The translations under genes were made by a program, and so were the position numbers. Below are positions 32,340 to 45,224 of a DNA stretch of 64,000 bases, in pieces. Position 1 is the first letter of the stretch. Every line of letters begins with the position of its first letter. Origin of the DNA: a phage; the sequence record PZ445521.1; one strand, 5' to 3'. The notes under the pieces were generated by a model. It had not been told where the DNA came from, did no database searches, and saw nothing but the letters and a program-made list of their open reading frames with translations.

Positions 32340-32558
32340 TTATGCTTTCTGCTTACCAAAACGAGAAGCATCATCTCGAAGAACCGCACGTGCTCGGCGC
32401 ATGATCTTCTCAACAGTTTGATTGATACGAGAGTTCGACCCACGCTTGTAACCAGCGCGTTTAGAATCACCAACTTTCTTTTCAACTGCTTTCTTTGCTT
32501 TAACTTGTTTTGCCATTATAAATTCTCTTTTAAATGAAAATGCAGGACTTATTGGCAT
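32340..32558 (-). CDS. small highly basic protein; sits at the rIII position by synteny but not confirmed
   Basis: 58-72 aa (likely start MAKQVKAKK), Lys/Arg-rich. Confidence 0.5.
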   Translation of the reverse strand: MPISPAFSFKREFIMAKQVKAKKAVEKKVGDSKRAGYKRGSNSRINQTVEKIMRRARAVLRDDASRFGKQKA

Positions 32559-32737
32559 TGCCTGCGCAAGCCCTCAAAGGGGTACTTAGGTTTTGAATAT
32601 TTACCGACAGGATAACCATAAACCTCGTCATCATACCACCAAGACTTACACAGATAACACTTTTCTGACGCATGATAGTAACATTCAAGAGGTACACCGT
32701 AAAACTGCCGGGGTCTTAAAACTATAATGATTCGCAA
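32549..32737 (-). CDS. hypothetical Cys/Tyr-rich small protein
   Basis: 62 aa ORF; weak. Confidence 0.35.
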   Translation of the reverse strand: MRIIIVLRPRQFYGVPLECYYHASEKCYLCKSWWYDDEVYGYPVGKYSKPKYPFEGLRRQCQ

Positions 32738-32805
32738 ATCATTAATCAGACAGTTCGACGGCTCCTCGTTTTAACTTCACACTAAGGCAGTGACTCTCCA
32801 ATAAA

Positions 32806-33054
32806 TTACTTCAGTGTTACCACAAAGTGACGAACTGCTTTTCGTGCAGCAGAAGCCAAAGGCTTAGCATATTTAAGTTCATCTTTTTCCTGAAGCTCAG
32901 CAGCTAATGCAGTTTGAGCAGGATTCAGATGTTTGAAATAACGCAGGATTTCAAGAGCTTCGGCTTCAACATCAATAGAAGCGCCATAGTTTTCGTGACC
33001 ATTATTCCATGCGTTTCGTTGCAGTTCAAGAGCGTGTTGTAATTGTTTAATCAT
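32806..33054 (-). CDS. hypothetical protein; 82 aa, the length I recall for T4 RIII (alternative rIII candidate)
   Basis: 82 aa ORF downstream of gene 31. Confidence 0.55.
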   Translation of the reverse strand: MIKQLQHALELQRNAWNNGHENYGASIDVEAEALEILRYFKHLNPAQTALAAELQEKDELKYAKPLASAARKAVRHFVVTLK

Positions 33055-33201
33055 TTAAAAATTCTCGTTAGAGATTAAAACTCGGTAGTCACGTTCTTCT
33101 GAATTTCATCTTCTTTCGACAGATCTCTCAGTTGTAGACTACCACATAGAATTGTTCGGTTAACTTATTATTCCGACACCCAATTCATATTATTATTTAT
33201 A

Positions 33202-33537
33202 TCACTTATAAAGACACGGAATAGCTTTATAGTGACAGGTAACGAATTTTTGTTTAATTTCTTTTGGCTGCTTAAGACCCAGAGCTACAAAAGGATGCGG
33301 AACATTTCGAATTTGACCAACTGGAAGAGAAGTCAAATCACCAACTTCGCAGAAACCTTCAGGAACATCAGGACCGACAGAGTGAACTACACACAGTTCA
33401 GGAACTTCACCTTGAACACGTTTACCGATGATAAGTCCTGATTCTGTAACTTCTTCATCACCGGCTTGTGCAGGTTCAGAAACTAAAATAACATATTCAC
33501 CGACAGCACGAATTGGTAGCTGTTGTACTTCAGACAT
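33202..33537 (-). CDS. 31: head assembly co-chaperonin gp31 (GroES-like)
   Basis: 111 aa as T4 gp31. Confidence 0.9.
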
Positions 33538-33593
33538 CGTTTTTCCTTTTTGTTAACAGATGAATTAATAATAACAAATAATTCTTAAAGCAT

Positions 33594-33902
33594 TTATTTA
33601 CCAATAAATTGAAGCAAATGCTCAGCTTTCATACCATTAACAGAAATCAATTTGTCAATAGAAAAACCTCGCCACTCGCCAAGCTCAACATCAAATACTG
33701 GAATCATATCAGTAGATTCTTTCCGAGCAGATTCAGTCAATTTACCAGTTTGCATGGTTGGCATAAAGTCCGCATCACGAGTGCCTTTCATAGTACGAAT
33801 AGTACCATCAGACTTTTCAAAAACTACGTTTGAAATACCCATGGACAATTTAGTTTTCAAAATTTCACGAATTGCTACTTTTTGTTCAGTCGTCAGTTTC
33901 AT
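33594..33902 (-). CDS. hypothetical protein (position of 31.1)
   Basis: 102 aa ORF. Confidence 0.6.
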   Translation of the reverse strand: MKLTTEQKVAIREILKTKLSMGISNVVFEKSDGTIRTMKGTRDADFMPTMQTGKLTESARKESTDMIPVFDVELGEWRGFSIDKLISVNGMKAEHLLQFIGK

Positions 33903-34139
33903 TTATTTACCTATTACAGTTTTAATATGAGTTGTTCCACGTTCTTTAAGAGTGGAAAGCAATTTTTGGCATTTTTCTAAATCAGATTTCCAACTATACG
34001 GCCTATCAATACAAACCCATTCTGACTTATAATACTGTTTCCATTTAGAGAAAAAATACTTCTTATACTCTACAGCAAATGAAATGTTCTCGTTAGAATA
34101 AGAACTAATTGCTGTGAGCTGTACCAAACGAAATTTCAT
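33903..34139 (-). CDS. hypothetical protein (position of 31.2)
   Basis: 78 aa ORF. Confidence 0.55.
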   Translation of the reverse strand: MKFRLVQLTAISSYSNENISFAVEYKKYFFSKWKQYYKSEWVCIDRPYSWKSDLEKCQKLLSTLKERGTTHIKTVIGK

Positions 34140-34720
34140 TATTCACCACAGAATTCGTTGATATTTTCCCAGTTTAACTTATTCAAGTTTTTCTTAGGAA
34201 CATTAAACACTTCAATACCTGCATTTCGCAGAATATCATCCCAGCCAGGTTTATTTTTATCGTATGTTTCACAATAAACCAGCTTTTTAATTCCAGATTG
34301 AGCTATCGCTTTTGCACAATCTGGGCAAGGAGAAAGTGTTACATACATAGTAGCACCTTCAATAGAAGAACCATTTCGTGCAGCAAACAAAATCGCATTT
34401 AGTTCAGCGTGAATTTCATTTTTAGACGACCATTCAGAGTGAGCGCTACGGTGTTCTTTCGCCAAGACAAAACGATCAGTTGAACCAAACGATACGCATT
34501 CAGGCTTATGACCTTGAATGATAGTATGTTTAGGCTTGTTCAACAACCAGCCTTGTTCAGCAGCATAATCACAGCAATTCACACCACCAGCAGGTGAACC
34601 ATTATATCCGGTAGAAATAATACGTCCATTCTTTTCAATTACTGCTCCTACCTTCCAGGAGCAGCATTTTGATTCTTGCGATACTAAATATGCAATTTGA
34701 AGTACTGTACTCGCTTTCAT
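34139..34720 (-). CDS. cd: dCMP deaminase
   Basis: 193 aa; zinc-ligand HAE and PCxxC motifs. Confidence 0.92.
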   Translation of the reverse strand: MKASTVLQIAYLVSQESKCCSWKVGAVIEKNGRIISTGYNGSPAGGVNCCDYAAEQGWLLNKPKHTIIQGHKPECVSFGSTDRFVLAKEHRSAHSEWSSKNEIHAELNAILFAARNGSSIEGATMYVTLSPCPDCAKAIAQSGIKKLVYCETYDKNKPGWDDILRNAGIEVFNVPKKNLNKLNWENINEFCGE

Positions 34721-35055
34721 TTCATAATCACCAGATAAGCAGATTTAGCAGTTTCTACACGATAAATTTCGTGACGAAGTTTAGTTATACTTTTAATAAC
34801 AGAACTAATTATATTCTGCCCATCTTTAAAGCGGTTTTTCTTATCAATAAAAATTGCGCCAACCAGCTTTTTGTGAAGCTCAACTGGATACTTCGTCACA
34901 ATAATAGCATCATACACAGAAGGATGAATACTATTCACTAGAGTGTCATTCATTAAAGTTATTCTAATGAACTGTGCTGTTTCAGAGTCAAGCGCTCTAT
35001 GATCGCCAGTATCATTTTCAAGACAATTATCAATTATATCAGTTAAATTCATCAT
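34717..35055 (-). CDS. hypothetical protein (cd.1 position)
   Basis: 112 aa. Confidence 0.6.
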   Translation of the reverse strand: MMNLTDIIDNCLENDTGDHRALDSETAQFIRITLMNDTLVNSIHPSVYDAIIVTKYPVELHKKLVGAIFIDKKNRFKDGQNIISSVIKSITKLRHEIYRVETAKSAYLVIMK

Positions 35056-35288
35056 AGTACGCCATACACCCTTTGTGCTTCAACTAATCCATCAAAATCC
35101 AATTTGAGATGTGTTATTTGGTCACCATCACCTGGATTCACAATTACTAATACTGAACGAGGAGTTTCGGTAATAACGCGAACCGATGTTTCTGGAAATC
35201 GTTCAGAAACCTTATTTACCAATTCCTGAGCAAATAGTTTAACTTTTTCTTGGAATTCTTTAACAGTAATTGGTTTTTCACTTAGCAT
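35052..35288 (-). CDS. hypothetical protein (cd.2 position)
   Basis: 78 aa. Confidence 0.55.
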   Translation of the reverse strand: MLSEKPITVKEFQEKVKLFAQELVNKVSERFPETSVRVITETPRSVLVIVNPGDGDQITHLKLDFDGLVEAQRVYGVL

Positions 35289-35318
35289 TTTGTTTTCCTC
35301 ATTTGTTTCGGTAGAGCT

Positions 35319-35348
35319 ATAATATCACAACTCTACCACAAAGTAAAC
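35319..35348 (-). promoter_or_regulatory. early promoter with hairpin in the spacer
   Basis: minus GTTTAC, about 18 nt, TATTAT; inverted repeat ggtagag/ctctacc. Confidence 0.6.
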
Positions 35349-35352
35349 TATA

Positions 35353-35628
35353 TTAAATTGCTTTGAATTCTGATGTCTGCGATTCAAAACGAATATCACC
35401 TTTGATGACTAACTCAGCGTCAAGACCGAATACGACAATGATATGCGCGGAACCTGGATACAGCGTAATGGCAATAGAATCCACCTGGTCTGGAAGCAAA
35501 GTGTTCAATACATGAGTCACTTGAGCATGAATTCGAAGCTCGGCTGCGTTATCAAGCTTTTCAAACATATTATTAGCAATAATTTGGCTAAACACTACTT
35601 CTACGATTTTAGAATAAGTCGGAAACAT
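35353..35628 (-). CDS. hypothetical protein (cd.3 position)
   Basis: 91 aa. Confidence 0.55.
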   Translation of the reverse strand: MFPTYSKIVEVVFSQIIANNMFEKLDNAAELRIHAQVTHVLNTLLPDQVDSIAITLYPGSAHIIVVFGLDAELVIKGDIRFESQTSEFKAI

Positions 35629-35630
35629 AT

Positions 35631-35823
35631 TTACCTCACATAATTTTCTTCAAGCCAATCAATAACATCTAACGCATTATCAAAAGTTGAACCATCTACT
35701 TTGTCTTCTGTTTCATAATCAAGAACATCTAAGCCTACTCTTCCATTAACAATAGGCCATAAACAAAATAAATATTTCTTTTCTTTTTCAATTTTATCAC
35801 AAAGTTGATAAATCTTTTCTATG

Positions 35824-35831
<8 letters not shown>
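35631..35831 (-). CDS. hypothetical protein (cd.4 position)
   Basis: 66 aa. Confidence 0.5.
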
Positions 35832-37246
<1,415 letters not shown>

Positions 37247-37249
37247 TTA

Positions 37250-37474
37250 TTATTTCTCAACCAATGATTGAATATAATCATGCAGGTCTTTAGATGCTTT
37301 ACCCCACTTATTTTGGTATTCATTTTTAAGATTAGCACGTGATTGAGCTAATAAAACATCATTAGTTGGAGGTAAAGATTCTAACCGCTGAATCTGGCGT
37401 CCATAAATCATTGCAGCCATCTCGGATTCATAAATCAATCCTTTGAGATGTTCAAATTGATGCCATGAAATCAT
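37250..37474 (-). CDS. hypothetical protein (pseT.2 position)
   Basis: 74 aa. Confidence 0.55.
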   Translation of the reverse strand: MISWHQFEHLKGLIYESEMAAMIYGRQIQRLESLPPTNDVLLAQSRANLKNEYQNKWGKASKDLHDYIQSLVEK

Positions 37475-37770
37475 TTACATTTATCCTCTTTTAACTCTTG
37501 ACGATAATAACATATCATAGTTTTCTGGTCATGTACATATCGTTTTACATCATTAAGCCAAATACGAAATTCCTGGGAATCTTCAAATGGCATACCGACC
37601 CAAGCTTTACCATCGATAACTTTAACTTGCCAAGATAGTTTAGCTTCATCATATGACTTTATTTGTACAGGCCAATTAGGATGAACTGTTTCTTTCTTTA
37701 CTTCTAGAGGCTTTGTCGAACAACCAACTAGAAGACCAATAGATAATATTACTGCTGATAGTTTAATCAT
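37471..37770 (-). CDS. predicted lipoprotein (pseT.3 position)
   Basis: 99 aa; signal peptide with lipobox LLVGC. Confidence 0.65.
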   Translation of the reverse strand: MIKLSAVILSIGLLVGCSTKPLEVKKETVHPNWPVQIKSYDEAKLSWQVKVIDGKAWVGMPFEDSQEFRIWLNDVKRYVHDQKTMICYYRQELKEDKCK

Positions 37771-38120
37771 TTAGAAAGGTCCTGGATGTCTTCTGCGAAC
37801 TTGTTGAAGGAGTTGTTGATTTGTTTTTCAACCAATCCTGGCTTACGAGCCACCACATCCGCCTTCTTTGCATCTTTGCGCAGTTTTTCATTTTCACGCT
37901 CAATAGCAGCAATTGCCTCACGATTTTTATTATTCATCGCATCAATATAATTATACTGAATTCGCAAATTATTTAATGCTAAGGCGTTTTCATTGGCCGT
38001 TTTTGTAATTTCAGTAACTGATGTTTCTAATCTTTCTACCTTATTTTTTAAAATAATAGATGTTCCACCAAATACTATTACAAGTAATAGCAAACCTGCT
38101 GTCGTATTACTTAATTGCAT
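37767..38120 (-). CDS. predicted membrane-anchored coiled-coil protein
   Basis: 117 aa; hydrophobic N-terminal helix. Confidence 0.6.
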   Translation of the reverse strand: MQLSNTTAGLLLLVIVFGGTSIILKNKVERLETSVTEITKTANENALALNNLRIQYNYIDAMNNKNREAIAAIERENEKLRKDAKKADVVARKPGLVEKQINNSFNKFAEDIQDLSK

Positions 38121-38617
38121 AAAGTTTTAATAACCTCTATAATATCGTCTTGAGAAAGACCGTTAATTAAAATATGATGTTCCGCCGGAGATTTAGAAAT
38201 TTTAAAGCATGCCGCAACATCTTCTGCCATATCCGATGCGCTACGATTTGGATTACTAATTCCAAGACGATGTTTTCCCGTTAAAGGATTAACGATAATA
38301 TAGCATTTACAGCTATTGATATGAACATTAGGTTGAGTCTGATTAATGAACACTTCACAATCATACTTAGCGAGTTGATTTTCTAAAAAGACTTTCATCT
38401 CCTCAACTGCATCAGGAAGCATATCACGGGCTTGCTCAAGACGACGATTTCGATATTCTTTAATGGTCGTTTTCCGCTTGACTTGCTTAGCTAAATCTTT
38501 CTTAAGATCGGTGATATATCCAACTCGCCGATTTCCTTTAAATACAGAAATCCCATCTGTAGTATCACCGTATGCTTCAACGACCATTTCAGTAGTAATA
38601 AGCTGCAAATCCATCAT
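38111..38617 (-). CDS. alc: Alc, inhibitor of host transcription
   Basis: 167-168 aa; recognised T4 Alc. Confidence 0.88.
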   Translation of the reverse strand: MMDLQLITTEMVVEAYGDTTDGISVFKGNRRVGYITDLKKDLAKQVKRKTTIKEYRNRRLEQARDMLPDAVEEMKVFLENQLAKYDCEVFINQTQPNVHINSCKCYIIVNPLTGKHRLGISNPNRSASDMAEDVAACFKISKSPAEHHILINGLSQDDIIEVIKTLCN

Positions 38618-38622
38618 AAAGT

Positions 38623-38676
38623 CCTCATGTTATGTTAGTAAGACTACTATAACACAACACGAGGGACTTGTAAACA
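38623..38676 (-). promoter_or_regulatory. early promoter plus leader, copy 2 of the 54-nt repeat (upstream of alc)
   Basis: 53/54 identical to 23221-23274; GTTTAC, 18 nt, TATAGT, GAGG RBS. Confidence 0.7.
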
Positions 38677-38678
38677 AC

Positions 38679-40266
<1,588 letters not shown>

Positions 40267-40293
40267 AATAAAATGGGCCTTGCGGCCCACTCC

Positions 40294-41472
40294 TTAAAAG
40301 TATTTTTTAAAACTCATCATAACTTTATCATCAACATCATTATCAATCTGTGCAACAAGGTAAGATGACAGTTCTACTTCTTGTGGCGCGGATTGAACAT
40401 TATCAGAATTAAGATATTCACGAATCCAAGGATATGGATGTTTAACCGGAGCATCGGTAATCGGGCATGGAAGACCACAATGTTTCATACGAGATACAGT
40501 TAAGTAATCAATAAAGCTCCACATGCTATTTGTATTTAATCCAGGAACATCGCCATCTTTAAATAAATGAACTGCCCAATCTTTTTCTTGGCGGTTAACT
40601 TCCATGAAAATATCAACTGCTTCTTGTTCACACTCTTGAGCAATTTTAACCCATTCATCGCCATCAGTGCCAAGTTGAAGTTGACGAATAATATATTGAG
40701 TGCCTTTAAGGTGAAGCTGCTCATCACGTGCAATGAACTTCATAATCTTGGCATTACCTTCCATGATTTCCATGTTCTTATGGAAGTTAAAGGTACATGC
40801 GAAAGATACATAAAAACGAATAGCTTCCAATGCGTTGATTACATGCAAACAGAGGTAAAGAGATTTCATTAGCTCATGCTTCCAATACGTCTCATGCTCA
40901 ATAGCATCTTCAATAACGTCTTCGTCTGCATTAATTTCTTTTTGGTATTCGATATCAGCTTTAGCGTTTTCCCAATAACGAGTTTTAATCAGAACATCAT
41001 CATAATAACGTCCAATGGATTCAGCACGTTTCATAATAGCTTCATCTAATACAATTTCATCAAATACCTTCGATGGATCAGTATAAAGATTTCGCATGAT
41101 ATGTGTATATGAACGGCTGTGAATAGTTTCACTAAAAGTCCACGTAGCAACCCATGTATCAAGGCTTGGGTCTGAAATTAATGACATAAGTACAGCAGAC
41201 GGCGCACGACCCTGAATGCTATCCAAAAGTGATTGATACTTCAGGTTATTAGTAAAAATATTCTGCTGATACTGAGGAAGTTTATTAAATTGTGCAGCAT
41301 CCATCATCAAGTTTACTTCTTCAGGACGCCAGAAAAATGATAATTGCTTTTCAGTCAAATCTTCAAAAACTTTATGGCGTTGAATATCATAACGCGCAAT
41401 ACCAAGACCTGAACCGAAGAACATAGGTTCTTTTAAAACATCAACTGGATTTGTATTAAAAACTGTGCTCAT
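40294..41472 (-). CDS. nrdB: ribonucleotide reductase small subunit, uninterrupted
   Basis: 392 aa continuous ORF with ferritin-like ligands and C-terminal F. Confidence 0.92.
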   Translation of the reverse strand: MSTVFNTNPVDVLKEPMFFGSGLGIARYDIQRHKVFEDLTEKQLSFFWRPEEVNLMMDAAQFNKLPQYQQNIFTNNLKYQSLLDSIQGRAPSAVLMSLISDPSLDTWVATWTFSETIHSRSYTHIMRNLYTDPSKVFDEIVLDEAIMKRAESIGRYYDDVLIKTRYWENAKADIEYQKEINADEDVIEDAIEHETYWKHELMKSLYLCLHVINALEAIRFYVSFACTFNFHKNMEIMEGNAKIMKFIARDEQLHLKGTQYIIRQLQLGTDGDEWVKIAQECEQEAVDIFMEVNRQEKDWAVHLFKDGDVPGLNTNSMWSFIDYLTVSRMKHCGLPCPITDAPVKHPYPWIREYLNSDNVQSAPQEVELSSYLVAQIDNDVDDKVMMSFKKYF

Positions 41473-41523
41473 AAATTTTCCGCTTAGTTAATAGTTGGTG
41501 ACTCGTCCGTGAGTCAAATTATA

Positions 41524-43788
41524 TCATAATTTACAGGATGAACAATCTTCAGCTTTTGGAGTTTCTATTTCATAATCATCAGTACCAGAACCATCGCGGG
41601 TATTATGATAATAGAAATTTTTTCCGCCAAAATACCAAAAATACAAAAGGTCATCAATCATTATTGACATTGGAACCTTGCCTTTAGGGAAGATTTGGGG
41701 GTCATAGTATGTATTCGCCGAAGCTGATTGACAAACCCATTTCAGCATAATAGCTACCTGCGTAAGATAAGGTTTATTACCTTTCTTAGCTAATTTCCAT
41801 GTATAGTCGTAAAGGTCTATGTTATGCTCAATATTGGGCACGACTTGATTAAAGGAGCCCTCTTTTGATTCTTTAACAGAGACTGGTCCACGTGGAGGCT
41901 CGATACCGTTTGTACTGTTAGAAACTTGGGAAGATGACTCACATGGCATAAGTGCTGATAATGTGCTATTACGGATGCCAAAGAGCTTAAGGTCTTCCCG
42001 CAGCGACGACCAGTCACAAACGTATTTTGGAGCTGCGATTTGGTCAATCTTTTTATTGTACCAGTCGATAGGTAATTCGCCTCGAGACCAACGAGTGTCT
42101 GAATAATATTCGCAAGGTCCTTTTTCTTTGGCGAGCTTAATGGATGCTTTAATGAGTCCATACTGTAATCTCTCAAATAGTTCATGTGTTAAATCGTTAG
42201 CATCTTCATAAGAAGCAAAGTTACTTGCCAGCCAAGCTGCATAGTTAGTAACACCTACACCAAGGTTTCGACGCTTTTTAGCTTTTTCTGCTTCAGGAAC
42301 TGGATATCCTTGGTAATCCAAAAGATTATCAAGAGCACGAACTTGAACTTCTGCCAATTCATTAATTTTATCTTGGTCTTGCCAATCAAAGTTATCCAGC
42401 ACAAATGCAGATAATGTACACAATCCAATTTCAGCATCAGGACTATTCACATCATTTGTTGGAATAGCAATTTCACAGCACAAGTTGCTCTGACGAATAG
42501 GTGCCTTTTCACGAATAAATGGCGTATAGTTATTCGTATTATCAATGAACTGCACATAAATCCTTGCTGTTCCTGAGCGTTCAGTCATGAGCAATTCAAA
42601 TAGTTCACGGGCTTTAATGCGCTTTTTACGAATATTAGGGTCTTTTTCTGCTGCTTCGTATAATTCACGGAAACGGTCTTGGTCTTTAAAATAAGAATAA
42701 TAAAGCTCGCCACCCATTTCATGCGGACTGAACAAAGTAATGTAATCATTCTTTCCAAAACGTTCCATCATTAGATCATTCAGTTGAACACCATAATCCA
42801 TATGACGGATACGGTTTTCTTCTACACCTTTGTTATTTTTCAAAACGAGAAGATTTTCAACTTCCAAATGCCAAATAGGATAATAAGCAGTAGCAGCGCC
42901 GCCACGAATTCCACCCTGTGAGCATGATTTAACAGCAGTCTGAAAATGTTTCCAAAAAGGAATAACACCAGTATGGCGTACTTCACCCATGCCAATCTTA
43001 GAACCTTCGGCACGAATCATACCAACGTTAATACCAATTCCAGCGCGTTTGGAGATATATTCAACAATTGAAGCAGAAGCCTTATTGATAGACTTTAATG
43101 AATCACCTGCCTCAATAACAACGCATGAACTAAACTGCCGAGTTGGAGTACGGCAACCAGCCATAATAGGAGTTGGTAATGAAATCTGTCGAGTAGATAC
43201 TGCTTCATAAAAACGAATAACGTGTTTTAATCTATCAACAGGTTCATCTTGATGCAATGCCATTCCAATAGTCATAAATGCAAACTGTGGAGTTTCATAA
43301 ATTTGACCAGTGGTTTTATCTTTAACTAGATATTTTTCTTTTAATTGCATCGCCCCGGAATAAGTAAATTCCATATCCCGCTCATGCTTAATTTTTGATT
43401 CTAAAAATGTAATTTCTTCGGCAGAATATTTTGACAACAGTTCAGGGTCATATTTACCTTCATTTACACAGTAAGAAATATGGTCAATAAATGAACGTGG
43501 TTCATACTGCCCGTAAACATGCTTACGAAGAGCGAACATTAAACAGCGTGCAGCTACATATTGGTAATCAGGCTCTTCAACTGAAATAGAATTCGCAGCA
43601 GCCTTAATTACAATGGTTTGAATGTCATCAGTGGTCATTCCATCACGGAGATATGATTTAATATTTTCATATAATTCATAAGGATCTACAGATGTTCCTT
43701 CAGCTGCCCAAGATAAAACTTTAATAATTTTTTGCGGGTCAAAGCTCTGAGAAACACCACTACTTTTGATAACATTAATTAATTGCAT
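41524..43788 (-). CDS. nrdA: ribonucleotide reductase large subunit
   Basis: 754 aa; ATP-cone N-terminus, active-site Cys motifs, C-terminal CSSCKL. Confidence 0.95.
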   Translation of the reverse strand: MQLINVIKSSGVSQSFDPQKIIKVLSWAAEGTSVDPYELYENIKSYLRDGMTTDDIQTIVIKAAANSISVEEPDYQYVAARCLMFALRKHVYGQYEPRSFIDHISYCVNEGKYDPELLSKYSAEEITFLESKIKHERDMEFTYSGAMQLKEKYLVKDKTTGQIYETPQFAFMTIGMALHQDEPVDRLKHVIRFYEAVSTRQISLPTPIMAGCRTPTRQFSSCVVIEAGDSLKSINKASASIVEYISKRAGIGINVGMIRAEGSKIGMGEVRHTGVIPFWKHFQTAVKSCSQGGIRGGAATAYYPIWHLEVENLLVLKNNKGVEENRIRHMDYGVQLNDLMMERFGKNDYITLFSPHEMGGELYYSYFKDQDRFRELYEAAEKDPNIRKKRIKARELFELLMTERSGTARIYVQFIDNTNNYTPFIREKAPIRQSNLCCEIAIPTNDVNSPDAEIGLCTLSAFVLDNFDWQDQDKINELAEVQVRALDNLLDYQGYPVPEAEKAKKRRNLGVGVTNYAAWLASNFASYEDANDLTHELFERLQYGLIKASIKLAKEKGPCEYYSDTRWSRGELPIDWYNKKIDQIAAPKYVCDWSSLREDLKLFGIRNSTLSALMPCESSSQVSNSTNGIEPPRGPVSVKESKEGSFNQVVPNIEHNIDLYDYTWKLAKKGNKPYLTQVAIMLKWVCQSASANTYYDPQIFPKGKVPMSIMIDDLLYFWYFGGKNFYYHNTRDGSGTDDYEIETPKAEDCSSCKL

Positions 43789-44105
43789 AAGTCCTCAACT
43801 TGAAAATCGTCTTTAAACACTCGGTTAACTATATGAGCTATTATATCACCATGACACGGCTTTGGTTTACATGTGCATCCTAGCCTCATTCCACGTAAAG
43901 GCTCTAAATGTGCTTTAGTTATTTCTCCGGATTTAATTCGACGTATAAAATCTTTTTTGAATAATTCAATGGCAGCCTCCCGGCTGCCAGCATCTTTACC
44001 GACGTAATTTCCCCAAAATGTACCACGGTGAATATTAACATCAAAGTCGGATTTATATTTATTCACTACTCGGCATAGACGGCCCACGCTGGAATAATTC
44101 GTCAT
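43779..44105 (-). CDS. hypothetical protein with CxC...CHGD motif (nrdA.1 position)
   Basis: 108 aa; [13 protein letters not shown]. Confidence 0.6.
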   Translation of the reverse strand: MTNYSSVGRLCRVVNKYKSDFDVNIHRGTFWGNYVGKDAGSREAAIELFKKDFIRRIKSGEITKAHLEPLRGMRLGCTCKPKPCHGDIIAHIVNRVFKDDFQVEDLCN

Positions 44106-44322
44106 ATTGTTTTTCCGTTAAAACAGTAATATCGTAGTAACAGTCAGAAGAAGTTTTAACTGTGGAAATTTTATTATCAAAATACTCACGAGTCATTTTA
44201 TGAGTATAATATTTTTTACCATAAATGATAATAGGCTGTTCTGGTCCTGGAACTTCTAACTCGCTTGGGTTAGGAAGTGTAAAAAGAACAACGCCAGAAG
44301 TATCTTTAAATCGTAAAATCAT
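44059..44322 (-). CDS. hypothetical protein (nrdA.2 position)
   Basis: 87 aa. Confidence 0.55.
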   Translation of the reverse strand: MILRFKDTSGVVLFTLPNPSELEVPGPEQPIIIYGKKYYTHKMTREYFDNKISTVKTSSDCYYDITVLTEKQYDELFQRGPSMPSSE

Positions 44323-45179
44323 ATTGCCATTTTCCCTTTAATTGCTGGATGCGATTCATAATTTTCAAGGATAAAATCTTTCGGTTTCATGTATTCAGTT
44401 AACCAGTAAAGCTGTGTTTCGGTGTCACAATTTCCAAACTCTATAGGCCAATCAATTTTAAGTTCACATAGTTCTTTAGGCTCACGACGTAAAATTTCTT
44501 TACATTGCTCAGTATGATTCATATAGATGTGAGTATTACCACCAGAAAATATCAAATCTCCTGGGATAAGATTACACATCTTAGCCACAATATGCGTCAA
44601 GGCAGCGTACGAGGCAATGTTGAATGGCAATCCCAAGAAAACATCTACACTTCTTTGGTACCATTGTAAATCAAGATAACCATTACGCACATTAAACTGA
44701 TAGAACATATGACAGGGCGGTAATGCCATTTGATTGATTTCAGCTGGATTCCATGCTGAAACGATTTGACGTCGATCAGTTGGTAATTTTTTAATACGAT
44801 CAATAGTTTCAACTAATTGATCCACACCACCGAAATCACGCCATTGTTTACCGTATATAGGACCAAGTTCACCACTATGATATCCTAGGTCTTTAGCCTG
44901 GTTTTCATAGTTATCGTCCCAAATAGTTTTGCCTTGAATAAGACTACCATGAGTGCGAAGACGTAAATCATTAACATTGGTAGAACCGGAAATAAACCAT
45001 AAAAGCTCAGCAATGCATGCATTCCAGGCGAGCTTCTTAGTTGTTACTGCAGGAAAACCTTTACTTAAATCCCAGCGTAATTTAGTACCGAACAAAGCAA
45101 TTGTTCCTGTGCCCGTTCGGTCATCGGTTTCATAGCCATTTTCAAAAATGTCTTTAATTAAATCTTGGTATTGTTTCAT
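44319..45179 (-). CDS. td: thymidylate synthase, uninterrupted
   Basis: 286 aa continuous ORF; active-site PPCH present. Confidence 0.93.
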   Translation of the reverse strand: MKQYQDLIKDIFENGYETDDRTGTGTIALFGTKLRWDLSKGFPAVTTKKLAWNACIAELLWFISGSTNVNDLRLRTHGSLIQGKTIWDDNYENQAKDLGYHSGELGPIYGKQWRDFGGVDQLVETIDRIKKLPTDRRQIVSAWNPAEINQMALPPCHMFYQFNVRNGYLDLQWYQRSVDVFLGLPFNIASYAALTHIVAKMCNLIPGDLIFSGGNTHIYMNHTEQCKEILRREPKELCELKIDWPIEFGNCDTETQLYWLTEYMKPKDFILENYESHPAIKGKMAI

Positions 45180-45224
45180 TTAGTACCTTATATAAATTAT
45201 AATACATTTTATGAAGCTAAATAA

